This document shows positions 1-6,708 of a stretch of DNA of 63,099 bases, piece after piece. The notes beneath the pieces were generated by a model that saw only the letters and a list, made by a program, of their open reading frames with translations, made no database searches and was not told where the DNA came from. The DNA is from a virus. The translations under genes were made by a program, and so were the position numbers. The number at the start of each line of letters is the position of its first letter. The first letter of the stretch is position 1. Location of the stretch: IMG/VR virus record IMGVR_UViG_3300045988_090624; one strand, given 5' to 3'.

Positions 1-55
1 GTATCGTGGAGCCTCATCTGCGACAGGGGATTATGGAGCCTCATCTGCGACAGGG
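1..55. repeat. 55-nt terminal overlap, identical to nt 63045-63099 (circular-contig signature)
   Basis: Base-by-base comparison of the two window ends shows they are identical. The overlap lies inside a 27-nt tandem array. Confidence 0.9.
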
Positions 56-409
56 GATTATGGAGCCTCATCTGCGACAGGGAATTGTGGAGCCTCATCT
101 GCGACAGGGAATTGTGGAGCCTCATCTGCGACAGGGTATCGTGGAGCCTCATCTGTTAGTGATCCTACTGGTGTTGCGGTTGCATGGGGACATGAGGCGA
201 AAGCTAAAGGTTGCTTAGGTGCTCACTTGATCCTCTCTGATTGGAGATACATTGGAGAAAAGTGGTTTGATGGAGACTATAAAACTCCTTATGATGTAGA
301 GAGTTGGGAGCTGGCTGGGGCTAAGATGGTACAGGTTGACGGTGAAAAGATTAAGGCTGATACATACTATAGATGTGTTGATGGAGAAGTAGTAGAAGCT
401 GATGAGTAA
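2..409 (+). CDS. 3' part of the junction-spanning repeat protein (continues from 62662..63099)
   Basis: Frame 2 is open from nt 2 to TAA 407-409. It reads GASSATG[D/N/Y][Y/C/R] nonapeptide repeats, then ...GASSVSDPTGVAVAWGHEAKAKGC...DWRYIGEKWF...EADE. Repeat and frame match the open-ended ORF at the 3' end of the window. Confidence 0.75.
   Translation, partial: YRGASSATGDYGASSATGDYGASSATGNCGASSATGNCGASSATGYRGASSVSDPTGVAVAWGHEAKAKGCLGAHLILSDWRYIGEKWFDGDYKTPYDVESWELAGAKMVQVDGEKIKADTYYRCVDGEVVEADE
8..142 (+). repeat. 27-nt tandem repeat ggagcctcatctgcgacaggg-nat-nnt, 5 units in this part
   Basis: Units at 8-34, 35-61, 62-88, 89-115 and 116-142 differ only in the last two codons. The array continues from 63007-63099. 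Confidence 0.9.
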
Positions 410-416
410 ATAACTG

Positions 417-459
417 GAGAGCTAAGGAGAAAAAAAAGTTTCTTTTTAGCTCTCTTTTT
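417..459 (+). terminator. Rho-independent terminator
   Basis: Stem GAGAGCTAA (417-425) pairs with TTAGCTCTC (446-454), followed by a T-run. Confidence 0.6.
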
Positions 460-491
460 GTCTAAAAAATCTTATATCTCTGGTTATCACT
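459..491 (+). promoter_or_regulatory. Conserved element A, copy 1 (TGTCTAAA-N15-GGTTATCACT), putative phage-specific promoter
   Basis: One of 12 + strand copies with fixed 23/24-nt register. It sits between a terminator and the RBS of 509..826. Confidence 0.55.
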
Positions 492-508
492 ATAAGGAGG
501 TGTAAGGC

Positions 509-826
509 ATGGAAGAGACTAAAAACGTGTGGATCTCAGATCAAGCGGCTGAGGTTTTAGAATATCTTAAGACTACTCACTATGAGGAAAGCATAGCGGT
601 AAAGAGTGGGGCAATATGTGAGTTATTTAATTTAAAGAAAGAGAGTCTGAGGGCTGTTGTAAATTGCCTGAGGAGTGACGGATACCCGGTTTGTAGTTCT
701 TGCCGTGGATATTGGTACTCAGAGAAGCCGGAGGATATTGATAAGACTTTAAAACATCTGGAGGGGAGGATCTCCGGGATGCAAAGGGCTATCACAGGAT
801 TAAAAAGGATCAGATCAGGAGAATAA
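509..826 (+). CDS. Hypothetical protein, possibly winged-helix DNA-binding
   Basis: AGGAGG RBS upstream. The function is guessed from size and charge pattern only. Confidence 0.6.
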   Translation: MEETKNVWISDQAAEVLEYLKTTHYEESIAVKSGAICELFNLKKESLRAVVNCLRSDGYPVCSSCRGYWYSEKPEDIDKTLKHLEGRISGMQRAITGLKRIRSGE

Positions 827-881
827 ACAGGAGAGACAGGAGCTTATAACTTTCTGTCTCTTTATTTTTGAGGAGGATAAC

Positions 882-1055
882 GTGTTTAAAGAGGGAGAAT
901 TGATAAAGTATATGATGCCTCTTGATGCTGATTACAGTTATGGAGTAATCACTGAGCTCAAGAAAGGGAGAGCTGAGGTAGTATTAAAATCTTATCCTCA
1001 AGGGCTGGTTGTTGAGGTTCCTTACAGAGTGATGGAACATATAAGAAAGAGGTGA
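882..1055 (+). CDS. Hypothetical small protein (57 aa, GTG start)
   Basis: AGGAGG at 871-876 and GTG at 882. The stop overlaps the next gene start. Too short for the ORF track. Confidence 0.45.
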   Translation: MFKEGELIKYMMPLDADYSYGVITELKKGRAEVVLKSYPQGLVVEVPYRVMEHIRKR

Positions 1056-1603
1056 TTAAGTTGGGAGCCGTGAGGGTAAAGACCACAAATGATAGATTGC
1101 TGGAGATTGATTACAGTGATACAGAGGCAGTAAAGAAAATAATATCAAGCTGGGGAATGGTGGAGAAACTGGCTGAGGGAGGAGATACAGTAGCCTCAGC
1201 TATATTAGTAGATCTACAGACAGCAATAGGGGTAAGTATTACAGAGTTCGGAGAAAATAAAAAGGTTGGCTTTGATGTAAGCCGGATCAACAGAGGAGTA
1301 TTAACAGAGGCTCAGTTTATTTCTCTGATCTATGTGTTAGGGCTGGGGTACAGACAGGATGAGATAGCTTATGTACTGGGCTGTACAAAACAGACGGTAA
1401 ATGTGCATATACAGAGAGCTCTTAAGAGGATCTGTAGATTTCTGGAAAAGGAGGACAATAAGGGTGAGAAGAATAAGAAAAAGAGAAGAAGATCCAGCCG
1501 ACAAGTGGCTAAGAGAGCACGATCCGTATTACACAAGCATGAGCCGGGGAAAGGCAAAGATGATAAAACATCCTTACCTCACTCCAGATCAGGAAGTAAG
1601 TAG
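1052..1603 (+). CDS. Sigma-70 region-4-like HTH protein, putative ArpU/RinA-type late transcription activator
   Basis: LTEAQFISLIYVLGLGYRQDEIAYVLGCTKQTVNVHIQRALKRI resembles sigma region 4.2. It lies upstream of the packaging genes, as in Firmicute phages. The basic low-complexity tail and the exact end are uncertain because an alternative-frame ORF (1401..1676) overlaps it. Confidence 0.55.
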   Translation: MIKLGAVRVKTTNDRLLEIDYSDTEAVKKIISSWGMVEKLAEGGDTVASAILVDLQTAIGVSITEFGENKKVGFDVSRINRGVLTEAQFISLIYVLGLGYRQDEIAYVLGCTKQTVNVHIQRALKRICRFLEKEDNKGEKNKKKRRRSSRQVAKRARSVLHKHEPGKGKDDKTSLPHSRSGSK

Positions 1604-1676
1604 GCAAAGAAAGGAGATCCCTATTACTTGTGTATCTAATGTAGATCTGGATTATTTGAACGTAACGAAACACTAA

Positions 1677-1714
1677 AGGCTGACTTTGTAGGAAGTATTT
1701 ACACTATATTTATG
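1677..1714 (+). promoter_or_regulatory. Conserved element B, copy 1 (AGGCTGAYTTTRTAGGAAGTA...ACAC.ATAT.TAT), putative late promoter
   Basis: 19 of the first 21 nt are identical to 12047..12067, and further matches follow downstream. It lies about 90 nt upstream of the ParB-like gene. Confidence 0.5.
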
Positions 1715-1770
1715 AAAGCTGTTTGAAGTAGTAGGAAGTAAAAAAGGAAGATTTAGGAGGTAGATTTACA

Positions 1771-2373
1771 ATGGATATGAAAGAAAGAGAAATACAGTAT
1801 TGTAACCCGGAGGAGCTGATCCCGTATGAGAAAAATCCCCGTGATAATCGTGCGGCTCTTGATGCTATAGAGCTGAGTATTGAGGAATATGGGTTTACTA
1901 ATCCTATTCTGGTAAATGAGGAGAAAGTGATTCTTGCCGGACATACCAGAAGAGAGGCGGCTATCTTAGCTGGGTTGGTGAAAGTTCCGTACATAGTAGT
2001 TGACGGACTTACAGAAGCTCAGCAGAAAGCCTATAGACTGGCAGACAATAAGTTATCAGAGTTGTCTATCTGGGATGAGGATTTACTCAAGGAAGAGCTG
2101 GAGGATCTGTTAGATGAGGACTATGATATTTCTCTTACTGGTTTCTCTGATGTAGATTTGACAGACATTTTAAAAGATGAGGAGGATCTGGAGGACATAG
2201 AGCCGGAGGAACCAAAAGAAAAGAAAACTACTCTCCCTATGCTGAGGTTTGGATCCAACAGTGTAAGGATTACACAGGATGAGTTAATCATGCTGAGTAA
2301 CAGATACAATGAGTATGTAGAGGCTGAGCCGGGAGAGGGATTTGTAACATGGCTGTTAAAGAGAGGTATCTGA
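1771..2373 (+). CDS. ParB N-terminal domain (ParB-like nuclease) protein
   Basis: NPRDN...ILAGHTRREAA...AYRLADNKL motifs are typical of ParB/Srx-fold phage proteins. The RBS is AGGAGG. Confidence 0.75.
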   Translation: MDMKEREIQYCNPEELIPYEKNPRDNRAALDAIELSIEEYGFTNPILVNEEKVILAGHTRREAAILAGLVKVPYIVVDGLTEAQQKAYRLADNKLSELSIWDEDLLKEELEDLLDEDYDISLTGFSDVDLTDILKDEEDLEDIEPEEPKEKKTTLPMLRFGSNSVRITQDELIMLSNRYNEYVEAEPGEGFVTWLLKRGI

Positions 2374-2374
2374 G

Positions 2375-2581
2375 ATGTATCATATAGATCATGATTGGAT
2401 AAGTAAAAGAGTAAACGGTCATGGAGCTTGTTATAGTTATAATTCTTCTAATGGTTTAGCTTTTATCTCATGGATTTATGGTGTGGGGAGATTAAGAGTA
2501 TTCTGGTATAATATCCAGTTATTTTTCCGGTACATGAAAAGACAGTGTGCCGAGAAAGAAGAGAATAAAGGGGAAAAATAA
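2375..2581 (+). CDS. Hypothetical protein (doubtful)
   Basis: The ORF starts 2 nt after the ParB stop. Its W/Y-rich composition is odd and no RBS is seen. Confidence 0.25.
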   Translation: MYHIDHDWISKRVNGHGACYSYNSSNGLAFISWIYGVGRLRVFWYNIQLFFRYMKRQCAEKEENKGEK

Positions 2582-2586
2582 GAATA

Positions 2587-2700
2587 ATGAGGTACAGATC
2601 CGGGGAAAGGAAAAGTACCTCATTTTATATTGCATAGCCTTATGAAATCCATAGAAATGAGGATGAAGAAATCCGGGGAAAAAGAGCATTGCCGGGGAAA
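2587..2700 (+). repeat. Hairpin plus three CCGGGGAAA direct repeats in a non-coding purine-rich tract
   Basis: ATGAGGTAC (2587-2595) pairs with GTACCTCAT (2614-2622). CCGGGGAAA occurs at 2600-2608, 2673-2681 and 2692-2700. Confidence 0.6.
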
Positions 2701-2931
2701 GAGAAAATACTGATAAATACAGGGATAAAAGCAGAAACAGTAATACCAAAAATAAAAGAAATAATGAGTAACATAGTAGTAAAGACATAAGAGGTAATAA
2801 AAGAATGTCACATTTTTAGAGCCTTTGAGCTAAATAGTATGAAATTTACATACATTTAAAGCAATTTTAAAGAGAACCCTCCCCAAAACAAAAGGGAGGA
2901 GTGAGTGAGGAGAAAGGAGGTTTAAAAGCTG

Positions 2932-3459
2932 ATGGTAGAGGAAAAAGGGCAGAATCAGGAGGCTGAGGCTCCAGTAGTGCCTAAGAAGAGCCAAAAAGAG
3001 ACAGAAGCTCAGAAAACAGCGTTTGAGCTTTACTATAACATGGGAGAAAAGAGATCCTTAGAGGCTGTAGCTAACAGTTGTGGTAAAAGTACCCGTACTA
3101 TAGGGGAATGGAGCCGTAAATTTCAGTGGAAAGACCGTATTTTACAGAAAGAAATTGAAGAAACAGCGGAAAAAGGCTCTACAGCTAATGCAGTATTGGA
3201 CGTAAAAGCAGAGTACAGAAAGGTTATCAGAGCCCTTGTAGCGGCGTTTGTAAAGGATTTTAAGGCTGGTAAGGTCAAGATTAAGAATATACAGGACTTT
3301 GAGAGAGTGGTTAAGCTGGATCTGTTACTCTTAGGAGATCCTACAGACAGGGTAGCTCAGGAGAATAAAGAGCAAGTAGAACTCACTGAGGAGGATAGAA
3401 AGGCTATTTTTGCTGTAGCTGACAGTATCAAAGAGGAGATGAAAGCCCTCAGGAGCTAA
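2932..3459 (+). CDS. terS: Putative terminase small subunit (HTH)
   Basis: The N-terminal segment ELYYNMGEKRSLEAVANSCGKSTRTIGEWSRKFQWKDR resembles HTH-type small terminases. It lies upstream of terL, although 3.2 kb of other genes intervene. Confidence 0.5.
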   Translation: MVEEKGQNQEAEAPVVPKKSQKETEAQKTAFELYYNMGEKRSLEAVANSCGKSTRTIGEWSRKFQWKDRILQKEIEETAEKGSTANAVLDVKAEYRKVIRALVAAFVKDFKAGKVKIKNIQDFERVVKLDLLLLGDPTDRVAQENKEQVELTEEDRKAIFAVADSIKEEMKALRS

Positions 3460-3546
3460 TTTATTGTGCAAGTTTACTTTTGAAAGGAAAAAATCCCTAT
3501 GGTTTTATAAATACCGATTGTGAAATATACACAAAAAGTTAATGCC

Positions 3547-3579
3547 TGTCTAAAAATGGCATTTAAGGCGGTTATTACT
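3547..3579 (+). promoter_or_regulatory. Conserved element A, copy 2
   Basis: TGTCTAAA at 3547 and GGTTATTACT at 3570. The 18-mer GGTTATTACTGAGTGTAA is shared with copy 12. Confidence 0.55.
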
Positions 3580-3627
3580 GAGTGTAAGTAAGCTGAGAGG
3601 CAAGGATCACACAGGAGGTAAAGGATC

Positions 3628-3948
3628 ATGGGAAAGATTACAAAGGGCTTTAAGTATATTGGAGCCGGGATAGTGGATTTATTGGCTGGAGGAGTAAAGC
3701 TGTTTGCAAGAGCTATAGGAGCTGTTATCAAGAGTCATAGAAAGAGAAAGCTCAAAAAGGCTACAGCTTATGTAGAGAAATATGGTTATGAGCTCCAGAT
3801 CAATAGCCGGGTAAGATTTAATAATACCCCTTACTATGTAATGTCCTATGAATACTTTGAGGACGTAGAAAGAAAAAGGGAGGTATCTATTAAGCTGATC
3901 GGCGTACCACAGCATAAAGAAATGATGAGGAGGATTAAAAGCAAATGA
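3628..3948 (+). CDS. Hypothetical protein with a hydrophobic N-terminus
   Basis: RBS AGGAGG. The stop overlaps the next start. Confidence 0.6.
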   Translation: MGKITKGFKYIGAGIVDLLAGGVKLFARAIGAVIKSHRKRKLKKATAYVEKYGYELQINSRVRFNNTPYYVMSYEYFEDVERKREVSIKLIGVPQHKEMMRRIKSK

Positions 3949-4364
3949 CAGGAAATGAGTATCAGGCTTTAGCAATGAGAACAAATGACGGTAAATCAAC
4001 AGACAGAGTGATCTCTGGAGTGCTGACTTGTGATCTGAAATGGTTACATAATCAGAATGTTGTCAGAGAGGACACTGAGGGGCTGGATCTGGGAGGAGTC
4101 CTCAATGGATGCTTAGGATTAGCCGGAGAGTCCGGGGAAGTGTTGGACATGGTTAAGAAATGTGTATTCCATGAGAAGAAAATGGACAAGTATCACTTAA
4201 AGAAAGAGCTGGGGGATGTAATGTGGTATGTAGCTATGTTATGTGAGAGCTTTGGCTTTAGCCTTGATGAGATCTTACAGATGAATGTAGATAAGCTCAA
4301 GGCAAGATACCCGGAGGGATTTGATCCAGACAAGGCGAACAACAGAAAGCCGGGGGATGTGTAA
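3945..4364 (+). CDS. mazG: MazG-like nucleotide pyrophosphohydrolase
   Basis: LAGESGEV...KKELGDVMWY is an EExxE...D-type MazG signature. The ~139-aa size also fits. Confidence 0.75.
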   Translation: MTGNEYQALAMRTNDGKSTDRVISGVLTCDLKWLHNQNVVREDTEGLDLGGVLNGCLGLAGESGEVLDMVKKCVFHEKKMDKYHLKKELGDVMWYVAMLCESFGFSLDEILQMNVDKLKARYPEGFDPDKANNRKPGDV

Positions 4365-4616
4365 ATGTATTGTGAAAAAGAAAAAGAGTGTCCTATTTAT
4401 CAGATCCACAGAGAGTTAAATGGACATTATCATAGGCTCATAAATGAGTTGTTAGGAAAAGGTTATTATAACATGGGGATGGATGCTTATAGTTGTAATG
4501 CGGAGTCTTGTGAGGATATGTTACATGAGATCAGGAGAATGAGAAAGTTGATAAGTACAGGGCGGTGGATAGTTTTGGTATCAATTATTTATACTCTTTG
4601 GTCATTTGTCAGATAG
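4365..4616 (+). CDS. Hypothetical protein with a C-terminal transmembrane segment
   Basis: Starts immediately after the mazG stop. The tail WIVLVSIIYTLWSF is hydrophobic. Confidence 0.5.
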   Translation: MYCEKEKECPIYQIHRELNGHYHRLINELLGKGYYNMGMDAYSCNAESCEDMLHEIRRMRKLISTGRWIVLVSIIYTLWSFVR

Positions 4617-4628
4617 GAGGAGAAGATC

Positions 4629-4862
4629 ATGGGATTAGCTGATGCTTTTGGAGCTGAGGACAGAGTACAGGTTAAGTTTTCTACTTTTTATGAGTTGGTA
4701 AAGGGATGTACTCAGAGGGATCAGATGCTTAACGCTATTAACTGTAATGTACCACACAGATACATTAGAGAGATGGCTACAGGCAAGAGTGAGGAGCCGG
4801 AGAAAAGAGAGTTGATGATAGGAGCTCCTAAAGAAGAGAAACAGGGAGGCAAAAAGAGATGA
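4629..4862 (+). CDS. Hypothetical protein
   Basis: RBS GGAGGAG. Its end overlaps the next gene. Confidence 0.5.
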   Translation: MGLADAFGAEDRVQVKFSTFYELVKGCTQRDQMLNAINCNVPHRYIREMATGKSEEPEKRELMIGAPKEEKQGGKKR

Positions 4863-5347
4863 GTAAAGACATGGTAAAAAGACCAGATCACTATTGTTTC
4901 AGTAAGTTTGAGCCTAAGGATGTGATTCGGGAGTGGGGGCTTAACTTTAATCTGGGATCAGCGGTTAAGTACATAGCAAGAGCCGGAAGAAAAGATGATA
5001 TTGTACAGGATCTCAAGAAAGCAAGAGAGTTTCTTAGCTTTGAGATTGAAGCTCTGGAGGCTGATAGAGGACTCACTGAGGAGGAGCAGAAAGAGCTTGA
5101 GGAGATCACTAAGAAAAATGCTGAGATTAGTAGGGCTTTGAGATTCTACAGAGGATTTAGAGGATTGGTTTCTAAGCTGGGTAATGATTATTGTATGAAG
5201 CGTTTAGGCGTTGATGATATGCTGGACGGTTATACAGTAGATTTTCATTTGATCGTACCGAGAGGCGTAAGCATTGACAAGGCAGTAGATCAGTTAATTG
5301 AGCAATGGGAGGGACAGTTAAATGAAAATTGTAAATGCCGGGTTTGA
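4859..5347 (+). CDS. DUF3310-like protein
   Basis: KRPDHY...EPKDVIREWGLNFNLGSAVKYIARAGRK resembles the DUF3310 signature. Confidence 0.6.
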   Translation: MSKDMVKRPDHYCFSKFEPKDVIREWGLNFNLGSAVKYIARAGRKDDIVQDLKKAREFLSFEIEALEADRGLTEEEQKELEEITKKNAEISRALRFYRGFRGLVSKLGNDYCMKRLGVDDMLDGYTVDFHLIVPRGVSIDKAVDQLIEQWEGQLNENCKCRV

Positions 5348-5960
5348 GATCATGGATCCTCTGAATGGAGAGGAGATCTTAAGGAAGATCGAAAGAGTAG
5401 CAAGAGTGTGTTATAAGTCAGAGGACAAGATTACAGCCGGATCCGCTGAGAAGATGGTAAGAGGACTGATAAAGAGAGGACATGAGGCAATGCTGGAGCA
5501 CTTCTCTTTCTCAGTTAAGTTTACAGTAGACAGAGGAGTATCTCATGAGCTTGTAAGGCACAGAATAGCCTCATTTGCTCAGGAGAGTACAAGATACTGT
5601 AATTACGGGCATGAGGGAGAGATTTCAGTGATTGAGCCGTTCTATTTCAAGGATTGCCGGGATAAAGAACCTTGGAAGTATAACGCTTGGGTTGAGGCTT
5701 GCTGTAAGGCTGAGGATAGATATTTATGTCTGTTAGAATGGGGAGCAAGTCCTCAGGAGGCAAGAGCGGTATTACCTAACAGTCTTAAGACAGAGATTGT
5801 AGTAACAGCAAACCTCAGGGAGTGGAGGAACATCTTTAAGCTGAGAGCTGTAGGGGTGACAGGAAAGCCACATCCTCAGATGTTAGAGGTTATGGTTCCA
5901 TTACTGGAGGAAGTAAAGAGACAGATCCCGGTAGTATTTGATGATCTTGTAACAGAATAA
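5322..5960 (+). CDS. thyX: FAD-dependent thymidylate synthase ThyX
   Basis: The ThyX motif RHRxxSxxxxSxR is present (VRHRIASFAQESTRY). The 212-aa length fits. Confidence 0.85.
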   Translation: MKIVNAGFEIMDPLNGEEILRKIERVARVCYKSEDKITAGSAEKMVRGLIKRGHEAMLEHFSFSVKFTVDRGVSHELVRHRIASFAQESTRYCNYGHEGEISVIEPFYFKDCRDKEPWKYNAWVEACCKAEDRYLCLLEWGASPQEARAVLPNSLKTEIVVTANLREWRNIFKLRAVGVTGKPHPQMLEVMVPLLEEVKRQIPVVFDDLVTE

Positions 5961-6013
5961 AAGAAAGATGAGGGGGAGGGCGGCGGCTCTCCTCTTTTTG
6001 TGAGGTAAAAGCT

Positions 6014-6172
6014 ATGGTAAGTATTGGATTTTGTGTATTTATTGGTATCATCTCATTTATTGTAGGATCCTTTAGCGGTATCTGTATGATCTGTATGTGT
6101 GTAGTAGGAGGTAGCGGTGATGAGAGTGGGGCAGATAGTAACATTGAAGAAGAACACAAGCCGGAGGCTTAG
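6014..6172 (+). CDS. Small membrane protein (52 aa)
   Basis: MVSIGFCVFIGIISFIVGSFSGICMICMCVVGG... has a hydrophobic core. Too short for the ORF track. Confidence 0.35.
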   Translation: MVSIGFCVFIGIISFIVGSFSGICMICMCVVGGSGDESGADSNIEEEHKPEA

Positions 6173-6296
6173 AGTCTTAGCTATATCAGACTGGGATATA
6201 GTAACTGTAATGGATCTGGCAGATAAGACAGAAAAGGAGTTTGAGATAGGTCAGCTCCAGAGGGTGAGGAGAATAAAACAGCATGAGGGGCAATGA
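6120..6296 (+). CDS. Hypothetical small protein (58 aa)
   Basis: AGGAGG at 6105-6110, 9 nt before the ATG. It overlaps 6014..6172 in another frame, so one of the two may be spurious. Confidence 0.35.
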   Translation: MRVGQIVTLKKNTSRRLRVLAISDWDIVTVMDLADKTEKEFEIGQLQRVRRIKQHEGQ

Positions 6297-6447
6297 GGAG
6301 TATAAGGAAGTAGGTAAACGGTGCAGAGGGGCTTTATATCTCAAGAGACATAGGGTGATAAAGAAGCCGGGAAGAGGGTACAGATGTAAATATTGTGATC
6401 GTATCCTCTCAGATCTGAGGTATGAAGCAGAAAGGAAGAAAAGATGA
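6283..6447 (+). CDS. Hypothetical small Cys-containing protein (54 aa)
   Basis: ATGA overlap with the next ORF. A Cys near the N-terminus and a CxxC motif (CKYC) hint at a zinc ribbon. Confidence 0.35.
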   Translation: MRGNEEYKEVGKRCRGALYLKRHRVIKKPGRGYRCKYCDRILSDLRYEAERKKR

Positions 6448-6650
6448 TAAATTATGAAGTAGCTATGAGAATGGTAAATCTGATCCTGTGGGCTCTGGGA
6501 GCTGTCTGGAGCTTGTTTATGATAATGGAGAATAACAAGTATTTCTGTATAAGAAAAGATGAGGAGAAAAACATTTTAGCTTGTAATCTGTTAGCGTGGA
6601 TCGTGTTAATGGTACTGAGTATCATAAGAGTAGTAAAGGTTATACATTAA
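6444..6650 (+). CDS. Small membrane protein (two transmembrane segments)
   Basis: Two hydrophobic stretches: LILWALGAVWSLFMI and LLAWIVLMVLSII. Confidence 0.5.
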   Translation: MINYEVAMRMVNLILWALGAVWSLFMIMENNKYFCIRKDEEKNILACNLLAWIVLMVLSIIRVVKVIH

Positions 6651-6708
6651 GGCAAAGAGGGGCTCAAAAGGCTCCTCTTTTTAGTTCGTAAGAAAGGAGG
6701 ATATAAAG

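Noticed and set aside
1-142. Possible CRISPR array, because of the regularly spaced identical repeats
   Set aside because: The units are directly abutting 27-nt repeats with no unique spacers. They lie in frame inside a coding sequence, and no cas genes are present.
6-218. 70-aa ORF MEPHLRQGI-repeat in frame 3
   Set aside because: It is an out-of-frame reading of the 27-nt tandem repeat. The frame that connects the upstream N-terminal domain (62662..) to the downstream C-terminal domain and stop codon is frame 2 (GASSATGxx).
1401-1676. Alternative-frame 91-aa ORF overlapping the 3' half of the sigma-region-4 gene
   Set aside because: It cannot be resolved by eye. The HTH clearly lies in the 1052..1603 frame. 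After codon ~130 that frame becomes a basic low-complexity tail, while the alternative frame (...KWLREHDPYYTSMSRGKAK...) looks equally protein-like. A frameshift or a short separate gene (ATG about 1538) is possible, so it is not called.
2519-2811. Minus-strand ORFs 2519..2788 and 2620..2811
   Set aside because: They are low-complexity F/L/Y/C-rich translations of the complement of a purine-rich tract. They have no RBS and oppose the universal + orientation.
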